Assembly (NCBI RefSeq): GCF_004010195.1
Contig: NC_057719.1
Coordinates: 94,136,659 to 94,200,335, forward strand
Source of the DNA: Chiloscyllium plagiosum
Taxonomy: Eukaryota
Direction: 5' to 3'
Length of the DNA: 63,677 nucleotides
The translations under genes and the position numbers were made by a program. This document shows positions 38,485 through 52,300 of this stretch, one piece after another. The stretch's first letter is position 1, and every line of letters begins with the position of its first letter. Under the pieces are notes generated by a model, which was not told where the DNA came from, made no database searches, and saw nothing but the letters and a program-made list of their open reading frames with translations.

Positions 38485-40090
38485 ACATAGAACATAGATA
38501 TGTACAGCACAGAGCAGCCCCTTCGGCCTACGATATTATGCGAAGGATTAAGCCTAAAGTAAAAAATAAAATATACTTACCTACTCACCCCTCAATAGAC
38601 TGCTGCCCATTTGTATGTTCAGCAGGTGCTTAAATGTCCCTAATGACTCTGATTCCACCACCACCGCTGGCAATGCATTCCATGCATTCACAACTCTCTG
38701 CATAAAGAACCTTCCTCAGACGTCTCATCTATACCTTCCTCCTAATATCTTAAAGCTATGACCCCTCGTCCCAGTCAACACTGCTCTGGGGAAAAGTCTC
38801 TGGCTATTGACTCTATTCATGCCTCTCATTACCTTAAATACCTTGGTCGGTCACTTCTCTTCCTCCTTCTCTCCAGAGAGACATGTCCAAGCTTAGTCAA
38901 CCTCTCTTTATAAGACAAGCCCTCCAGTCCAATCAGCATCCTGGTAAACCTTGTTTGCACTCTTTCCAAAGCCTCTGTATCTTTCCGATAGTCGGGCGAC
39001 CAGAACTGGACACAAGATTCCAAGTGTGGTCTCACTAGGGACTTGTAGAGCTGTAGCAAAACCTCGCAGGTCTTAAATTTGATCCCCCTGTTAATGAAAG
39101 CCAAAACACCATATGCTTTCTTAACAACCCAATGCACTTATGTAGAAACGTTGAGGCATCTATGTATTTTGGATCAGAGTGTTGCTGGAAAAGCACAGCG
39201 GGTCAGGCAGCATTCGAGGAACAGGAAAGTCGACAGTTCGGGCAAAAGCCCTTGATCAGGAATGAACACCAAGAGCCCTCTGTTCCTCAACATTGCTAAG
39301 AATCTTGTCTTTAATCCTATGTTCCACATTCAGGTTCGAACTTCCAAAGTGCATCACTCCGCATTTATTCAGGTTGAACTCCATCTGTCATTTCTCATCC
39401 CAGCTCGGCATCCTGTCTATGTCACGCTACAGCCTGCAATAGCCCTCGATACTATCAACAGCACCTCCAATCATTGCGTCGTATGCAAATTTACTCAACC
39501 GCCCCTCAACCTCCTCATCCAAGTCATTTATAAAAATTACAAAGAGCAGAGTCCGAAGAACAGAGCCCTGCGCGTCCCGACTCACCATTGACCTCCATGC
39601 AGAATACTTTCCATCTACAACCACTCTGTGCTTTCTGTCATCCAACCAATTCTGAATCCAGGTAGCCAAATGCTGTATCCCATACCTCCTGATTTTCTGA
39701 ATAAGCCTACCATGGAGAACCATACCAAGTCCATATACACCTCATCTACTGCTTGACCTTCATCGACCTGTCTTCTCACCTCCTCAAAGAACTCAATAAG
39801 ATTAGTTAGGCATGACCTACCCCTCACAAAGCTATGCTGACTGCCTTTAATCACACTATGCTTTCCGAAATAGTCATAAATTCTCTCCCTCAGAATTCTT
39901 TCCAAAACCTTGCTCACCACAGATATAAGACTGACTGGTGTTTAATTGCTAGGGATTTCCCTATTGTTTCTCTTAAAATGAGAAACAACATTCGCCTCCT
40001 TCCAATCCTTAGGTATGACTCCTATGGAGAGTGAGGAAGCAAGGTTTTTCACCAGTAGCTTCGCAACCTCCTTTCTCGCTTCCAAGAGCA
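38485..40090 (-). mobile_element. CR1 LINE, interrupted by a short PLE terminus at ~39170-39263
   Basis: [50 protein letters not shown] tail. Confidence 0.9.
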
Positions 40091-40109
40091 ACCAGTGTGG
40101 CCAATATGG

Positions 40110-40440
40110 CAATACCAGAGGTGTTCTCCGAAATGACTCATAAGTTGACGTCCTGTCTTGTCAATGTAGGGAAGACCACATCGGGTTTAATGGATGCAGT
40201 AGATGAGGCGTTCTGTCTCCCTTCATCACCTATCACGTTCAACCCCGTTTTCATCTACCTATCGCATTCCCAGCTATCTCCCCCTTGCCACACCCCCTTC
40301 TCATTTATCTCTCGGTATCCTTGGGCCACAAGCCTCATTCCTGATTAATGGCTTTTGCATGAAACGTCGATTCTCCTGCTCCTCGTATGCTGCCTGACTT
40401 CCTATGCCTTTCCAGCATCTTGCAGTCCCCACTTTCTCTT
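40110..40440. mobile_element. Rearranged PLE fragments (minus-strand GIY-YIG piece and plus-strand terminus)
   Basis: Decayed hammerhead ATTCCTGATTAATGGCTTTTGCATGAAACGTCGATT at ~40337-40372. Confidence 0.65.
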
Positions 40441-41369
40441 CACACCTTCATGGCTAGCAAGAATCAGATTTATAACAGTTACTTCAAAACAAACTGTCAT
40501 GTTCTCAAACAGCATAAAAGAAAACCAATACATTGTGGTCACTATTCTCAAAAAGTCGTTTACAGCAAAGTTTTCAATTAGCTCTTCTGATCATCCAACA
40601 CCAATTTCTAAATAACCTGATCTCGAGCTCGGTGCTCGAAATAATGTTAGTGCAAGCCATCTCACAAGTGTTCATGAAATCCATTTTTTCCTAGCACTTG
40701 CATTCAGTTGGGTTAACGCAGTTCAGATATTACTTAAACAGTGCATTATTACTGTGGTACCCACAAACGTTTTTATCTCATTTCCTGTTTTATAACATGC
40801 CCAACATTTGTATTGCAGCTTTCACTTTGATATATAACTCCTTTCAATGTTTGGTGTTTGCTGTTTTCTTTACGTTTCACCTGAACAGCTTCTGTGGAAT
40901 CTGACCGACATGGGCTCTGGGGAGATTAATGATAGAGATCATATCGCCACATCATTTATGATCTCAAGCGTTATTTTGATATTTTCTCCAGATATTTTAG
41001 TGGAGTAGAAAAGGATAATGATCTTTCAACAATGCTGCGTGTTCCCCCAGACAGCTGAGACTGTTCCAACCTGGCTGGGAACTTTACAGCAAGCTGGTAA
41101 AGTGTTGCTGCTGCTGTAAAGGATCTTAGTGAGATCACGTCTGGAGTAGCGTGTACAGATTTAATCTCCTCACTGAGGAAAGGATATTGCTATATTGGAA
41201 GCTGTTCTGAAATGGTTCCCTCATCTGATTCCAGCGACGAAGGTATTAGCTTACAAGGCAAGGATGATCAGATTGATCCAATATCCATTCGAGTTTTTCA
41301 GAATGAAAGATGATCTTATTTTTACATCGAACACCGGAAAGATTCAGCAACAAAAACCAATTAAACAGC

Positions 41370-42120
41370 AGAGAAATCTGTTCCACTTCTCCAACTGTTA
41401 CACAGGAACAGTAGAAGGATATTCAGGCTTTAGACTCTGTTACACCAGAACAGGACGAGGCACTTCATACCCTGGAACCTGATATACACTGACCGGAGGA
41501 GCCCAATCATGCCCCCTAATCGATAACACTGGGTCAAGATTAGGCCATGTCGCACAAGTATCCTATTACTCAACAACAGGACCAGTTCATTCAGCCCCGT
41601 TAAGTCTGAAACACAGGAACTGGAAGGGGCCACAGAGTGAGTGGAGATCGTTAAACTGGAATAACAGGAGGACATTCAGCCCCACTGAGCCTGTTGGAAG
41701 TAAATTGGATAAGAATGCAAACTATCTGAGACTCATTTTATGAGAAAGCAATGGAGACAATTCAGACACGTGTCTGTTGTAAGGGACCAGGAAATGACCA
41801 ATCACTCTGTTGTTCCAATCTCAGTGATACATGAGGAGAACGTTCAGTTTCTCCAGCCTGTTATGGAGGAACATGAGGAGATCCATCAGCCCGTCGAGCT
41901 GTTACACAGGAAAAGGAAGATTCCGTAATCCCCCAATGCTCTAACACATCAACATGAGAAGGTCATTCTGGCCTTGGAGATGACAACCTGGAACACCAGA
42001 AAGACATCAGTCCATCGATATTGTACACCAGCAGGATGATGAATCCATTCAGCCACACATGGCTCTTACACAACAATTGGAGCAGATCTCTTAAAGCCTT
42101 GTGCCTGTTAAACAGGAATT
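41370..42120. repeat. Highly degenerate tandem array with a ~42-bp unit
   Basis: Recurring ACACAGGAACAGGAGGA..CCATTCAGCCC..GAGCCTGTT-like unit; TTACAC at 41398 and 41440. Confidence 0.6.
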
Positions 42121-42179
42121 CAAAGAAAGGGTGAAGGTTTTCGAAAGGGAAGAACTTATAATAACCGCAATATGTAACG

Positions 42180-43800
42180 ATAAAACTGTTGTCATTGAAG
42201 GCAAATTGTTAGAATCTATTGTTCAGGACATTTGCAAAGTTAAACCACAATCCGTCAGAGTCAACAAAAGATTTTACAAAAGATAAATCATGTTTGAATT
42301 GTTTGCTTGAGTTACCTAAAGATGTGACAAACAAGGTGTATAGTGGGAATCCTGGAGATGGAATATATCTGGTCTTACAGAAGGCATTTGATACGTCGCT
42401 TCTCAAAAGAGTAAGTGGTAAGATCAGATAACATGGGTTTAAGAGTACATTATTAGCTTGGATAGAGGATTGGTTCACCAACAAAATGCAATCAGATGGA
42501 ATACATGTGTCATTTTCTTTTGGCAAATGCAACTTTTGGGGTGCCATAGATTTCAGTTCTCAGGCCTCAACTATTTGTCATTGATATTATTACTCGGTTG
42601 AGGGGACAGAAAATACTACAGCCACATGTTCAGATGACACTAACATCGGTGGGGAATTACTTCAGAAGGAAGATGGAAGAGATAAAAAAAAATGAATATG
42701 GATAGGCTGGGTGAACGGGCCAACGTTTGGCAATGAAAATTAAAGTTGATAAATATGGGTTCTTCAAGTTGGCTAAAGTAAAAGAAAGACAAATTATTAT
42801 CTAAATGGAGAGAAACTTCAGAATGCTTAGTTGCAGAGTAATCTGGGTGTCCGTGTGCATATCACAGAAATTCTGCTTGCAGGTACAGCAGGCAATGGGA
42901 AAGTCAAGCGTGCTTTCAGTGTTTCTTTGTAAAAGGATAGAGTAGAAAGGTAGGGAGTGTTGCTGTAGCTATGTAAGGCATTAATGAGGCTGCAACTGGA
43001 GTACAGTTTGCGTGCCCTGACTTGCGGAAGGATGCATTTGCATTGCAGACAATTCCAAAGAGGTTCATTAGATTGATTCCAGAGATGAGGCGTCTGTCTC
43101 ATAAAGAGAGATTGAGCAGTTCAGGCCTATACTCTCGAGTTTGTGAGAATGAAAGGAGATCTCATTGAGGTCTGTTAAAGGTTAAAATTAATTGGCATTG
43201 TAGATGTGGAGTGGATAGTTTTTTTCATGTGGCACAATCTACAACAAGAGACAAGAGTTTCAGGATGGAGAGCAGGCAGTAAAGTGGAGCTGAGTTCAAG
43301 ATCACATCAGCCATGATTGTGTTCAATGGCAGAGCAGAGATGATATCAGCCATGATTGTATTCAATGGTGGAGCAGGCTCGATATGCTTAATTACCAACT
43401 GATGCTACTCGTTCTTTTTCAGCCCTTCGACTGCGTTACACAGGAATGGGGGAGGACGGGTTATCAAACAGGAAACAGGCACTCCAGATATGATCAGCCT
43501 TAATCAGTTTGACAGAATGTAACCAGTGGTAGCACATAGCGACCAGCGCTGGATCCTCAACTGTTTATATTCTATATCAATAATCAAGAGGATGGAACAG
43601 ATGTACTGTAACTACATTTGGTAATGTCTCTGTGATCAGCAAAACAGTAAATGATTGAGAGAGAGTGATGAGTCTGCAAATAGATATAGACAGGTAAAGT
43701 CAATGGAAAAATGTTTAGCAGGTGGAAAATAACATGATACAACCTGTCATCTCATTTACAGGAAGAATGGAACGCAGTATGTTACTGAAATGGAGAGAGC
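42180..43800 (+). mobile_element. Degraded CR1 LINE fragments
   Basis: YLVLQKAFD; CAGATGACAC; CR1 3' region motifs. Confidence 0.7.
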
Positions 43801-44760
43801 TCATAGGACATGGTTATACTGTGTACTGGGGGGTTTCACTCAGACCCGTTCAGACATGGGAAGTTTTGCTCCATCTCCCTGGTGGTTTGTTCCCTGACAC
43901 TCCAAGTGGCCCATTGCTCTCAGTACACATGGAATATTTTGATGTGGTTGGTTGGCTGTGGGGACGGTGTTTTGAAACGTGTATCAAGGGGATGTCCTTT
44001 ATCCAAGATACATTCATTTATTTCAATGTGGAGACCCGACGACGATGGGAATGACTGCCTGCTCCTGAATTAAGAGGCCGTGACTGCTGCCAGGACAGTG
44101 GGTATTCACCAACATGATGTCCTGTGCATGGGCACACTGTAACATTAATGGGGTGAGAGTTCCTTCAATTCTTCTACATCTCTCCATTGACATGGGGAGC
44201 CGCAGAGGCAAGTAAATCATCGGGAACCCAAGGATATTGGGAAAGCAAGGATATACCAGGCAGCTCCCTGCTGAGGGAGAAAACGTTGCATTCACTTCAT
44301 CCAATGCATATATCCTCCGTCTCCAAATGGTGACGTTAACGTCAACATACTGGGAGATGATGGATATGCCAACCATTCCTGCCTGAAAGTTCCAGAACAT
44401 AGAAGCTGTATTAAACTGTGACCCTAACAGCCACCAGCAGCACCGTCCTTCCCCTGGCGTGAAGCTGCAGGTCGTGTTGAAGGAGGTGACACATCTCTGT
44501 GACCAGCTTCTTGTTCAATTAGTGTCCCCTCACAATCTGGTCCTTTATTAAGTGGAACTTGGGAAGCTGTTACTGGAAAACCCGGGGTGGATACAATAGA
44601 TCCCTTTACCCCAACACACGCACTCCCTGGTTTCAGAGCTTCCCCTCTCTGCAGCCTCTGCTCCATTTGTTGTTCATGTTGCAGGCTCAGAGGCTGTAAC
44701 TACAGTCCCCATGCACCATCCAGAGTTGGGTCACCAAATCCTCAGGTCTCCCTGAATGTC
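43800..44760 (-). pseudogene. Harbinger/PIF (HARBI1-like) transposase relic
   Basis: Ordered minus-strand motifs across frameshifts: GTFQ, FPNILG, HPINV, CPGSSH, LDKGHPL, EQT..EQNFPCLN. Confidence 0.7.
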
Positions 44761-44856
44761 TGAGGCAGCTCACAGCACAACCTCTAGCAAATCATCCCCA
44801 GAATCTCCACGAACTTTTTAATAACAGGAGTCAGTCAGAAGTCTTTCAGCTACACG

Positions 44857-46075
44857 TGTTGTGCACCAGAGCAGACCCTCCACAAAATATTTTAAGGCCG
44901 CTTAGACACAAATGTTTCCTTATTTTAACCCTAAATGTGAACTGTGTGTTTCAGGTATGTTGTGACTGTTCAAACCACTTGACATGAAGCAAAATATAAT
45001 CTATTCAAATGCTTTAGTTAAAATACAATCAAAGAAAAGAACAATGTTGTATCGCTTGTATGTTGCAACACTTGCACAAACAGTAGACTTCGTACCTTCT
45101 TGGTAAACACTGCTTGGTACAAAGGTAAATTCAAATACAGATTCTTACATGCAGTTTTCCAATCCAGGAGGAAACAACACCAACAGAGATCTCAGAGAGA
45201 AAAGCAGCTAGGGATCATTTATTGATCTTCCAACCCTTTTCAGATCCCCAGCAGTTTCTGAATGCTGCAGCTAAAATCAAAACAAGAAAACCTGGCCTGT
45301 GAGAGCTGGCCGCCGTCCTTCCATTGTTCCCACCGTTTTAGTAGAACCTAAAGGTCTCCTAAGTTATGTAATTAAACCATTTCTTGGCGTCAATTTGGCA
45401 TCTCTGCCTTTAAGGCTTGTCTTCAAAGAAAAAAATCCAAGAGAAATAATATTTTCAAAGTGACAGTATCGTCACACCTACCATTTAAACAAAATGAACC
45501 ATCAATATACAAAGGTGGCTTCATTTTAAGCACCTTATTCTTACTCTTTTTTTTAAGAGGACGAAATACATATACATTACATTGATACTAAGCATGCAAA
45601 TGTTCACAACTACGTTCTATTTCAGTCCGTGGCCACAGAACGCCTTCACCTTTCTTTATCAAAATCCTGCTAACGTGTCACAAATTACCTTTTCTCCTTG
45701 AAATTGAAACTCTCTCCTCCTGTTTTTCTTCTCTCTTTTTGTCTCTTTCTTCTTCCTCTCCTTTTCTTTTACCCAAAATTCAAACTGTTTCAATTCCTTT
45801 TCATGCTCAAGTTCCTCATCTACAATTGAACTCTAGCCATTTCCAAGATTCTGATTGTGTTTCCACCAAATTTAAATGCTGAGCTATTGCTGTAATTACC
45901 TCTTTTTTAACACAAACAAAACCCAACCTCAGCTTGATTGCCAATTACAACAGATTTGCCTTGCTCACCTTTTGTAAAATCCACAAAGTAATTTCCTCGT
46001 TAACTAGAAAAATCTTAGTAACTGAAAGAGCCACTATTACACAAAGCCAACAGAATTCAACACCAGAAGAAAAAT
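44857..46075 (-). mobile_element. Internally deleted Gmr1-type element: gag N-terminus, short internal segment, 3' LTR (44857-45476)
   Basis: VALSVTKIFLVNEEITLWILQKVSKANLL at 46035-45945; pre-LTR sequence AAAGGTGGCTTCATTT resembles 21216-21231; TGT...TCACA LTR. Confidence 0.65.
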
Positions 46076-46099
46076 GGCTAACAACTGTCACATGCCGAC

Positions 46100-46350
46100 T
46101 GTAACCCCAACAATCTCCCTGTGCACATTCTCCCTCTTTCTGCATGGGTTTACTCCTGTTGCTTTGGTTTCTTCCCACATCCCAAAGATATGCAGATTAG
46201 GTGTATTATCCATGTTATATTGCCGATGCTGTTCATTGATGTGTAGGTTTTGGTTTTAGTCAGGAGTTAACGCAAAGTAACAGGGTCAGTGATTGTGTCT
46301 GGATGGGTTACTTTTTGGAGAATCGGTGTGGATTTGCTGTGCCAAATGAC
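46100..46350 (+). mobile_element. Degraded HE1 SINE
   Basis: TGCACATTCTCCC...CCCAAAGATATGCAG...TCGGTGTGGATTTG. Confidence 0.7.
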
Positions 46351-46351
46351 C

Positions 46352-49300
46352 TGAACATCGAGCATAGAACATTCCAGCGCTTTGGCCTTTGATATTGTAC
46401 TGAACTGGGCAACCAAACTGAAGCCCATAGAACCGACACTATTCAATTTTCATCCATGTTCACCCAATGACCATTTATATGCCCTTAAGTTTGTCAACTC
46501 CACTACTGTTGCACGCCTCTTGGTCGTTTGTTCTGTGTCAGACTACTCTCCTACGAACCTGACCTTGAGAATTTTTTTAAAACATGCGTCCCATGCCCCT
46601 ACTACTCTCTGAATTAAGAAACTACCTCTGACATCTGTCCTATCTCAACCACCTTGAATTTAAAGCTATTTCCCTTCTTGCTGGCCATCACTGAATGAGA
46701 GAAAAGGCTCTCACCATCTAATCCTCTGATTATCTTATATGTCTCAATGAAGTTACCTCTCAACCTACGTCTCAGGAAAACAGTCTCAAGTCCCTCAGCC
46801 TTTCCTCGTAAGACCTTTCCTCTAAACAAGGCAACACCCTTGCAAATCTCCTGTGAACACTTTCCTAAGCTTTCGCATCCTTCCCATAATACAGTAATCA
46901 GAACTGTACACATTATTCTAACTGCAGCAACACCAGGGTTTTGTACAGCTGCAGCATGACCTTGTGGCCCGGAAACGCAATCCCTTTAAAAATAAAAGCC
47001 AAAACAGCATATGCCTTCCTTTTTTTGTAAATATGTTTATTGAGAAACAAGATTTTACATTTTTGACAAAGTTACAAAATCACTACAAAACTGTATAACA
47101 ATCTTATACTATAACAACAATAACAGTAAACAAACTTCTACTCTTCTCCAGAAACCACTGAGGAGACAAACAAAATGAAACTACAATTCAATGAATATCT
47201 AAAAAGAAAAACTAAATTAAATTAAGTTGAACCAAGGTAAATTAAATTACATTCAATTGTTACCACTCTTAGCGTAGTCCCACCAAAGCTCCCCATGACA
47301 GGGAGCGTCAGTTGGTATACCCGTATCTGTTTGGAATTTTTCCTCCCAGCGGTCCCTGGACCGCCAGCCACAGCACTCATGACCACTCAACAGCCCTCAC
47401 CAATGTAACAGATAAGTCTGCGTCTATGTAGTTTAGAATATTCAAGACATTCTATAAATCAGTTCCGTTTTCTGGTGCACCGTACCTGTAAAGAAGTCTG
47501 GGGGGGATATGCTCCATAACTAATCTACACCACCCTGAGAGTCTCTGGCAATTTTCTGACTCCCAGCTCATTCGAATGTTCTTTCTCGCACAGAAAGAAA
47601 GAACATTAAACAGTTTCTTCCCATTCATTTCCAAATAATGTAGATTTGGCGAACTCACGAGAAGGGAGAGCGGACATACCTTGACCTCATTTCACAAGAC
47701 CCCTTCGAAAAGAGTCGCTGCAACGCCCGAACACAGAGGAAGCTTGTGGCATGACCACAAGCAACGAGTGAAGATTGCCAACATCTATTTTACATTCGGG
47801 GCACATTGTGGACACTCACGCCTTAAATTCTGCAAGCCACTCCATTGCTAACTGAGCCATGTGGAGTACCTTCAATTGCATAGCCTGCGTCCTATAACAA
47901 CTCAAAATCATCCTTACATTCTCTCAAATATCCTCCCATGCCTCTGACAAGATCTCCACCCCCAATTCTTAAGTCCAGATTCTGTTCAGCTGGTCAATGT
48001 CCTTCGAGACATTACCTCCTAACAAAGGATAGAGAGTGCTGACTGAGAGAGCGCTGGGGGACCGAAGCACTCTGCTTTCCATGTCCAACTTATAGAGTTT
48101 AACCATCAATGTAGTCATTTTTGTATAAAGTCCCTAATCTAAAATTAACAAAAGAGGTTCCTCCTACATAGCTCATATATCTGCGTCAGATGCTTGAAAA
48201 ACATCATAATCTCCTCCTCAAATAAAGCTCCCAAATAAGAGACTCCTCTAGACTTCCAGAGCTTAACGCAAGAGTTCATCGACACCCGACTGGAATCCTG
48301 ACATTCCTACTATGGGAGTAAAAGGATAAGTGTTTCGTAAATTGCCCTCACCTTGTTGTATAATTCTCCACGCTCTAACCCATGTTAAGGACAATCGGAT
48401 TTCTGCAATTGTCCATAACAGTCCTCTTCTTGTCCATCGACAACAGATTGATGAATGGGCATTTTGCCTGGGAGGCCTTGATGGCTAGCCAGAATGACCG
48501 CGCATCCTGCAAGCCCAATCAACCATATAGGATAGTAAGGAACTCAATTGATATTTCTTTAAATCGGAACAATCCAAACCACTCAACCCCTGTGGCAGCT
48601 GCAATTTGTCCAGCTTAGGAGGCCACCTATGATGCCAGATGAATTTTCCAAGCCAACTGTAAAACCTCTGTCGCACTAACTTCGGCTGCATCAAAGGGAG
48701 TATTTGCATGGGATATAATAAACGAGGAAGAACATTCATTTTGACCAGAGCTATTCTACGCCATCAGAACATTGGATGATCCTCCCAGCGCTGAAGATCC
48801 TGTCTTATCTTCTCTAACAATTGCACAAAGTTCGCTATATCTGATTGATCGAAGGCCAGGATGGTAAGAATGCCTAAATACAAGAAAGCTTCCTGTGACC
48901 ACCAGAAATGAAAACTAGTTCCATCCCCAAGATTGGATATTCTCCTAAGGCCCCCCACAGCCACGGCCTCAGACTTCATAAAATTAAGTTTATCCCCCAA
49001 AAACAAACCAAACATATTGATCACTTGTATTAAATGGGGCACAGGTACCATCAAATCATTTAAAAAGACAAGAATGGCATCCCATTAAGGGCGATCTTAT
49101 GCCTGTCTGACCCTACCTCCAGGGCAATTGAGTTGGGGTCCCTCCCGATGGCCTCTGCCAACGGCTCAATCGCCAATGTAAATAATAATGGTGAAATAGG
49201 GCATCTTGTAGACTGCCTGTACTGATACTAAAATTGTCAGATTTTATACCGTTAGTGAGACCGCTGCTTTATATCACTCACCTGGCAAAGACCACTCCAA

Positions 49301-52300
49301 ATCCAAACCTTTCCAGGACATTAAAGAGGTAGGGCCACTTCACCTGGTCAAACGCTTTTTCTGCATTCAGGGAGGCCACCAAGCCTGGAATCTATCCTTG
49401 CTGGCATACCTGAATCATATTAATACTCTTATAATATTATTAGTAGACCCATGACCCTTAATGAAACCTGTCTGGTCCTCATTTACAATGAAGGGCAAAA
49501 CATTCTCCAACCTAAACGCCAGCATTTCCGGCAGAATTTTAAAATCCACGTTCATTGATGATGTAGGCCTTATGAAGTACAATCCTCTGGGGTTTACACT
49601 TTCTTGAGAATAAGAGAAATATTTGTTGCTCACAGAGACGATGGGAGGCAGCCTGACAGTACGAGTAGTTGTACATATCCAATAGTGTCTTGGCCAACAT
49701 GTTTATCAATGCCTTGTCAAACTCACTTTGAAATCCGTTTATGCTGGGCACATTACCACTCTGGAGCTGCCTCACCGTCTTCTGGATCTCTTGGATTGTC
49801 AGAGGGGCATTCGAAAAAGCCGACTGCTCTGAAGTTCCATCTAGAACGTCCAGGGTCTTAAATCTTCACCAGCCCATCTTCACAGCCCTCTGACCAGTAC
49901 AGCTCATTGTAGAACTTACAAATTGCTGCGTTAAGCTTTTTTGATGGATGTGATAGATTGGGGGAAATTCTTCTTTCTGGCCAGCTACGCTACATACTAC
50001 CTGGTTTATCACCACACTCAAATAACTGCTGTTTTGTTGTCTGGGTGAGCGCAGCATTCAAAGTAGCCCTGAGGGCTGCAATCCCCTGCAATTTACGGTC
50101 TGTCAAAATATGGTGTCTCAGCTGCCTTCAGCCGAGCCTCGAGAATACGCTGCTGCTCTCCTCTCTGCTGTTTCTGAGTCACCGAGTAACAAATAATCAA
50201 ACGCCTTGCATAGGCCTTGGCAGACTCCCAGAGCACCGATGGATTAGTGGCAGAACCCAAACTAATGTCCCAAATTTTTAAAATTCCCGTGGAAAATGCT
50301 TAACAAACTTACTATCCTTCAGGAGGAAAGGAGCCATGCACCAGTGCTGCGAGCCTGTCCCATCGCCACCGGCCTTAATCTCCATGTACACTGTCACATG
50401 ATCAGAAATGGCTATGTTCCCAATTCTGTAGGACAGCACTGAGTTCAAAAAGCTCGACAGGGCAAAAACCATGTCAATCCCGATATAGCACTGACGTGGC
50501 TGCCAGAAAAAGGTGATGTCTCTCCCCTCGGGGTGAATGCAGCTCTCTACACCCACCAACCCCAACTCCTTGTTCAGGCTCACCAGGGACATACTAGCAA
50601 GCCCTCGAGGCATCCTGTCCACTTCGGGGTTAATATGTCGGTTAAGGTCTTCCCCTATTACTGTATGATGTGCCCCACGGGCTATCAACCTGAAAAGCCC
50701 ATCTTTTAAAAAAAATTAGGAAATGTGCCGGGGGCAGCATACATTGAAAATCCCATACATTAAAAATCTCCATGTATTAAAACTTTAAGAAGCATAAACC
50801 GCCCATATTCATCCTTAATTTAGTTTCACAGTTGAAATGGAAGATTCTTATTGATGAGTTAGTAACCCCTCTGCTTTTCAAATTAAAGGATGAGAAAAAA
50901 ACACACGTCCTAACACTCCCTGCTGTAACTTGAAGTGCTCCTTACTGGTTCGATGTGTTTCTTGCAGCAAGGCGACATCCAATGCACTTTTTTCTCAGGC
51001 TTAAAGCATCTTTTTACTCTTAATTGGTGATTGACTCCCCTGAGCATTGCAGGCGCACCATTGAACTGAATGGTTAGACATAACCGTCGAAAATAGTACG
51101 TGACCCATTGGGAGGAAGAATCCCACTCATAGTGTGTCGAAGGAAATCAGCGAACCTTGGTATAAATTTAAAAATGCAATTTCCAAAAGTACCAAATCAA
51201 AACTTCTAGCATCTACTTCTACAACAGACCAACGTCGAACACAAATGAAAGTGTACTTTGCCCCCTTCCCCACACTCATACTACCCACTAACCCCTTCAT
51301 GGCTCCTTCCAGCTGAAGCTTTCCTCCAATCCAAGACAGCATCTTATAAACTTGTTAATAAAACTTTGTTTTCCTGAATTTGTCTAGAGCGATTATTGAG
51401 AAGCGATTTTCGTTTCTAACACTGCCCATATTATTTGAGCCAGCCCGTCTATTATAAAGTGTCCAGGAAATCCTTAGCCTTTTATGGTGAGTCAAAATTA
51501 AACACTGAAATGTAATATCTTACAGAGTACTGGATATTCAAGTCCCTTGCCGCCTTTTTAACTCATCAAAGGCCTTCCTTTTGAGAATCACGATCGCAGA
51601 AATGTCTTGGAAAAGCATGATTGGGGATCCTTTGTTTCTCAGAGCCTGTGGCTCCTTCCTCATTGTTCGAGAAGCTTCCAGCACCATTTGCTTATCTCTG
51701 TAACTGCTGGAGTCACACTAGGACCAGATGGGGGCGCTGGTCCATTTCGGGCCTCTACACTACGACCGGTGGGCCCACTCACCAGAAGCCGGCCTGATCC
51801 AACTCCCAGCTTCGATAAATGCCGAGGTCATGGACCTGCTCTTTCAAAGCCCATACCTGCTGTTGGAGGGCCTGGACCTGACACGCCAAGGATTCCATCA
51901 CGGTTTCAGAGGCTGCAGTCCGTTGCTCCACCTCCATGATGTGCTGCCTGAGAGACTGGATCTCCTGGCCATGTTTCTGCAGCATGACTGAGATCGGTTC
52001 AAGCCTGGCCCGGGTCTCCTCCATCGCTGAATCCATCTTCTGTCAGAGTTTCACAAACTCCAAGGCCAGGCTGTGCTCCACAGCTGAGTCTTTGGGAGCC
52101 GTCGCAGAGGTCGATGATGCAGCCGCAGACGTGTCCCTTGCTGCAGGGGAGTGCCCTGCTTGTTGCAATCCTCGCAGTCCCTTGCCTTTAGTCATTTTTC
52201 TAACAATTTTAAACTCACACACAGCAATCCTGGGCGTCAAAAACTAATGATATCGTCCACAATGTGTGATAAAGGGAAAGTGAGAGTCCCATTTTTTCTG

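Noticed and set aside
40993..41096. Exon-like segment between TTTTCTCCAG and GTAAAG
   Set aside because: Stops in all three frames; the donor-like site is the start of a CR1 remnant
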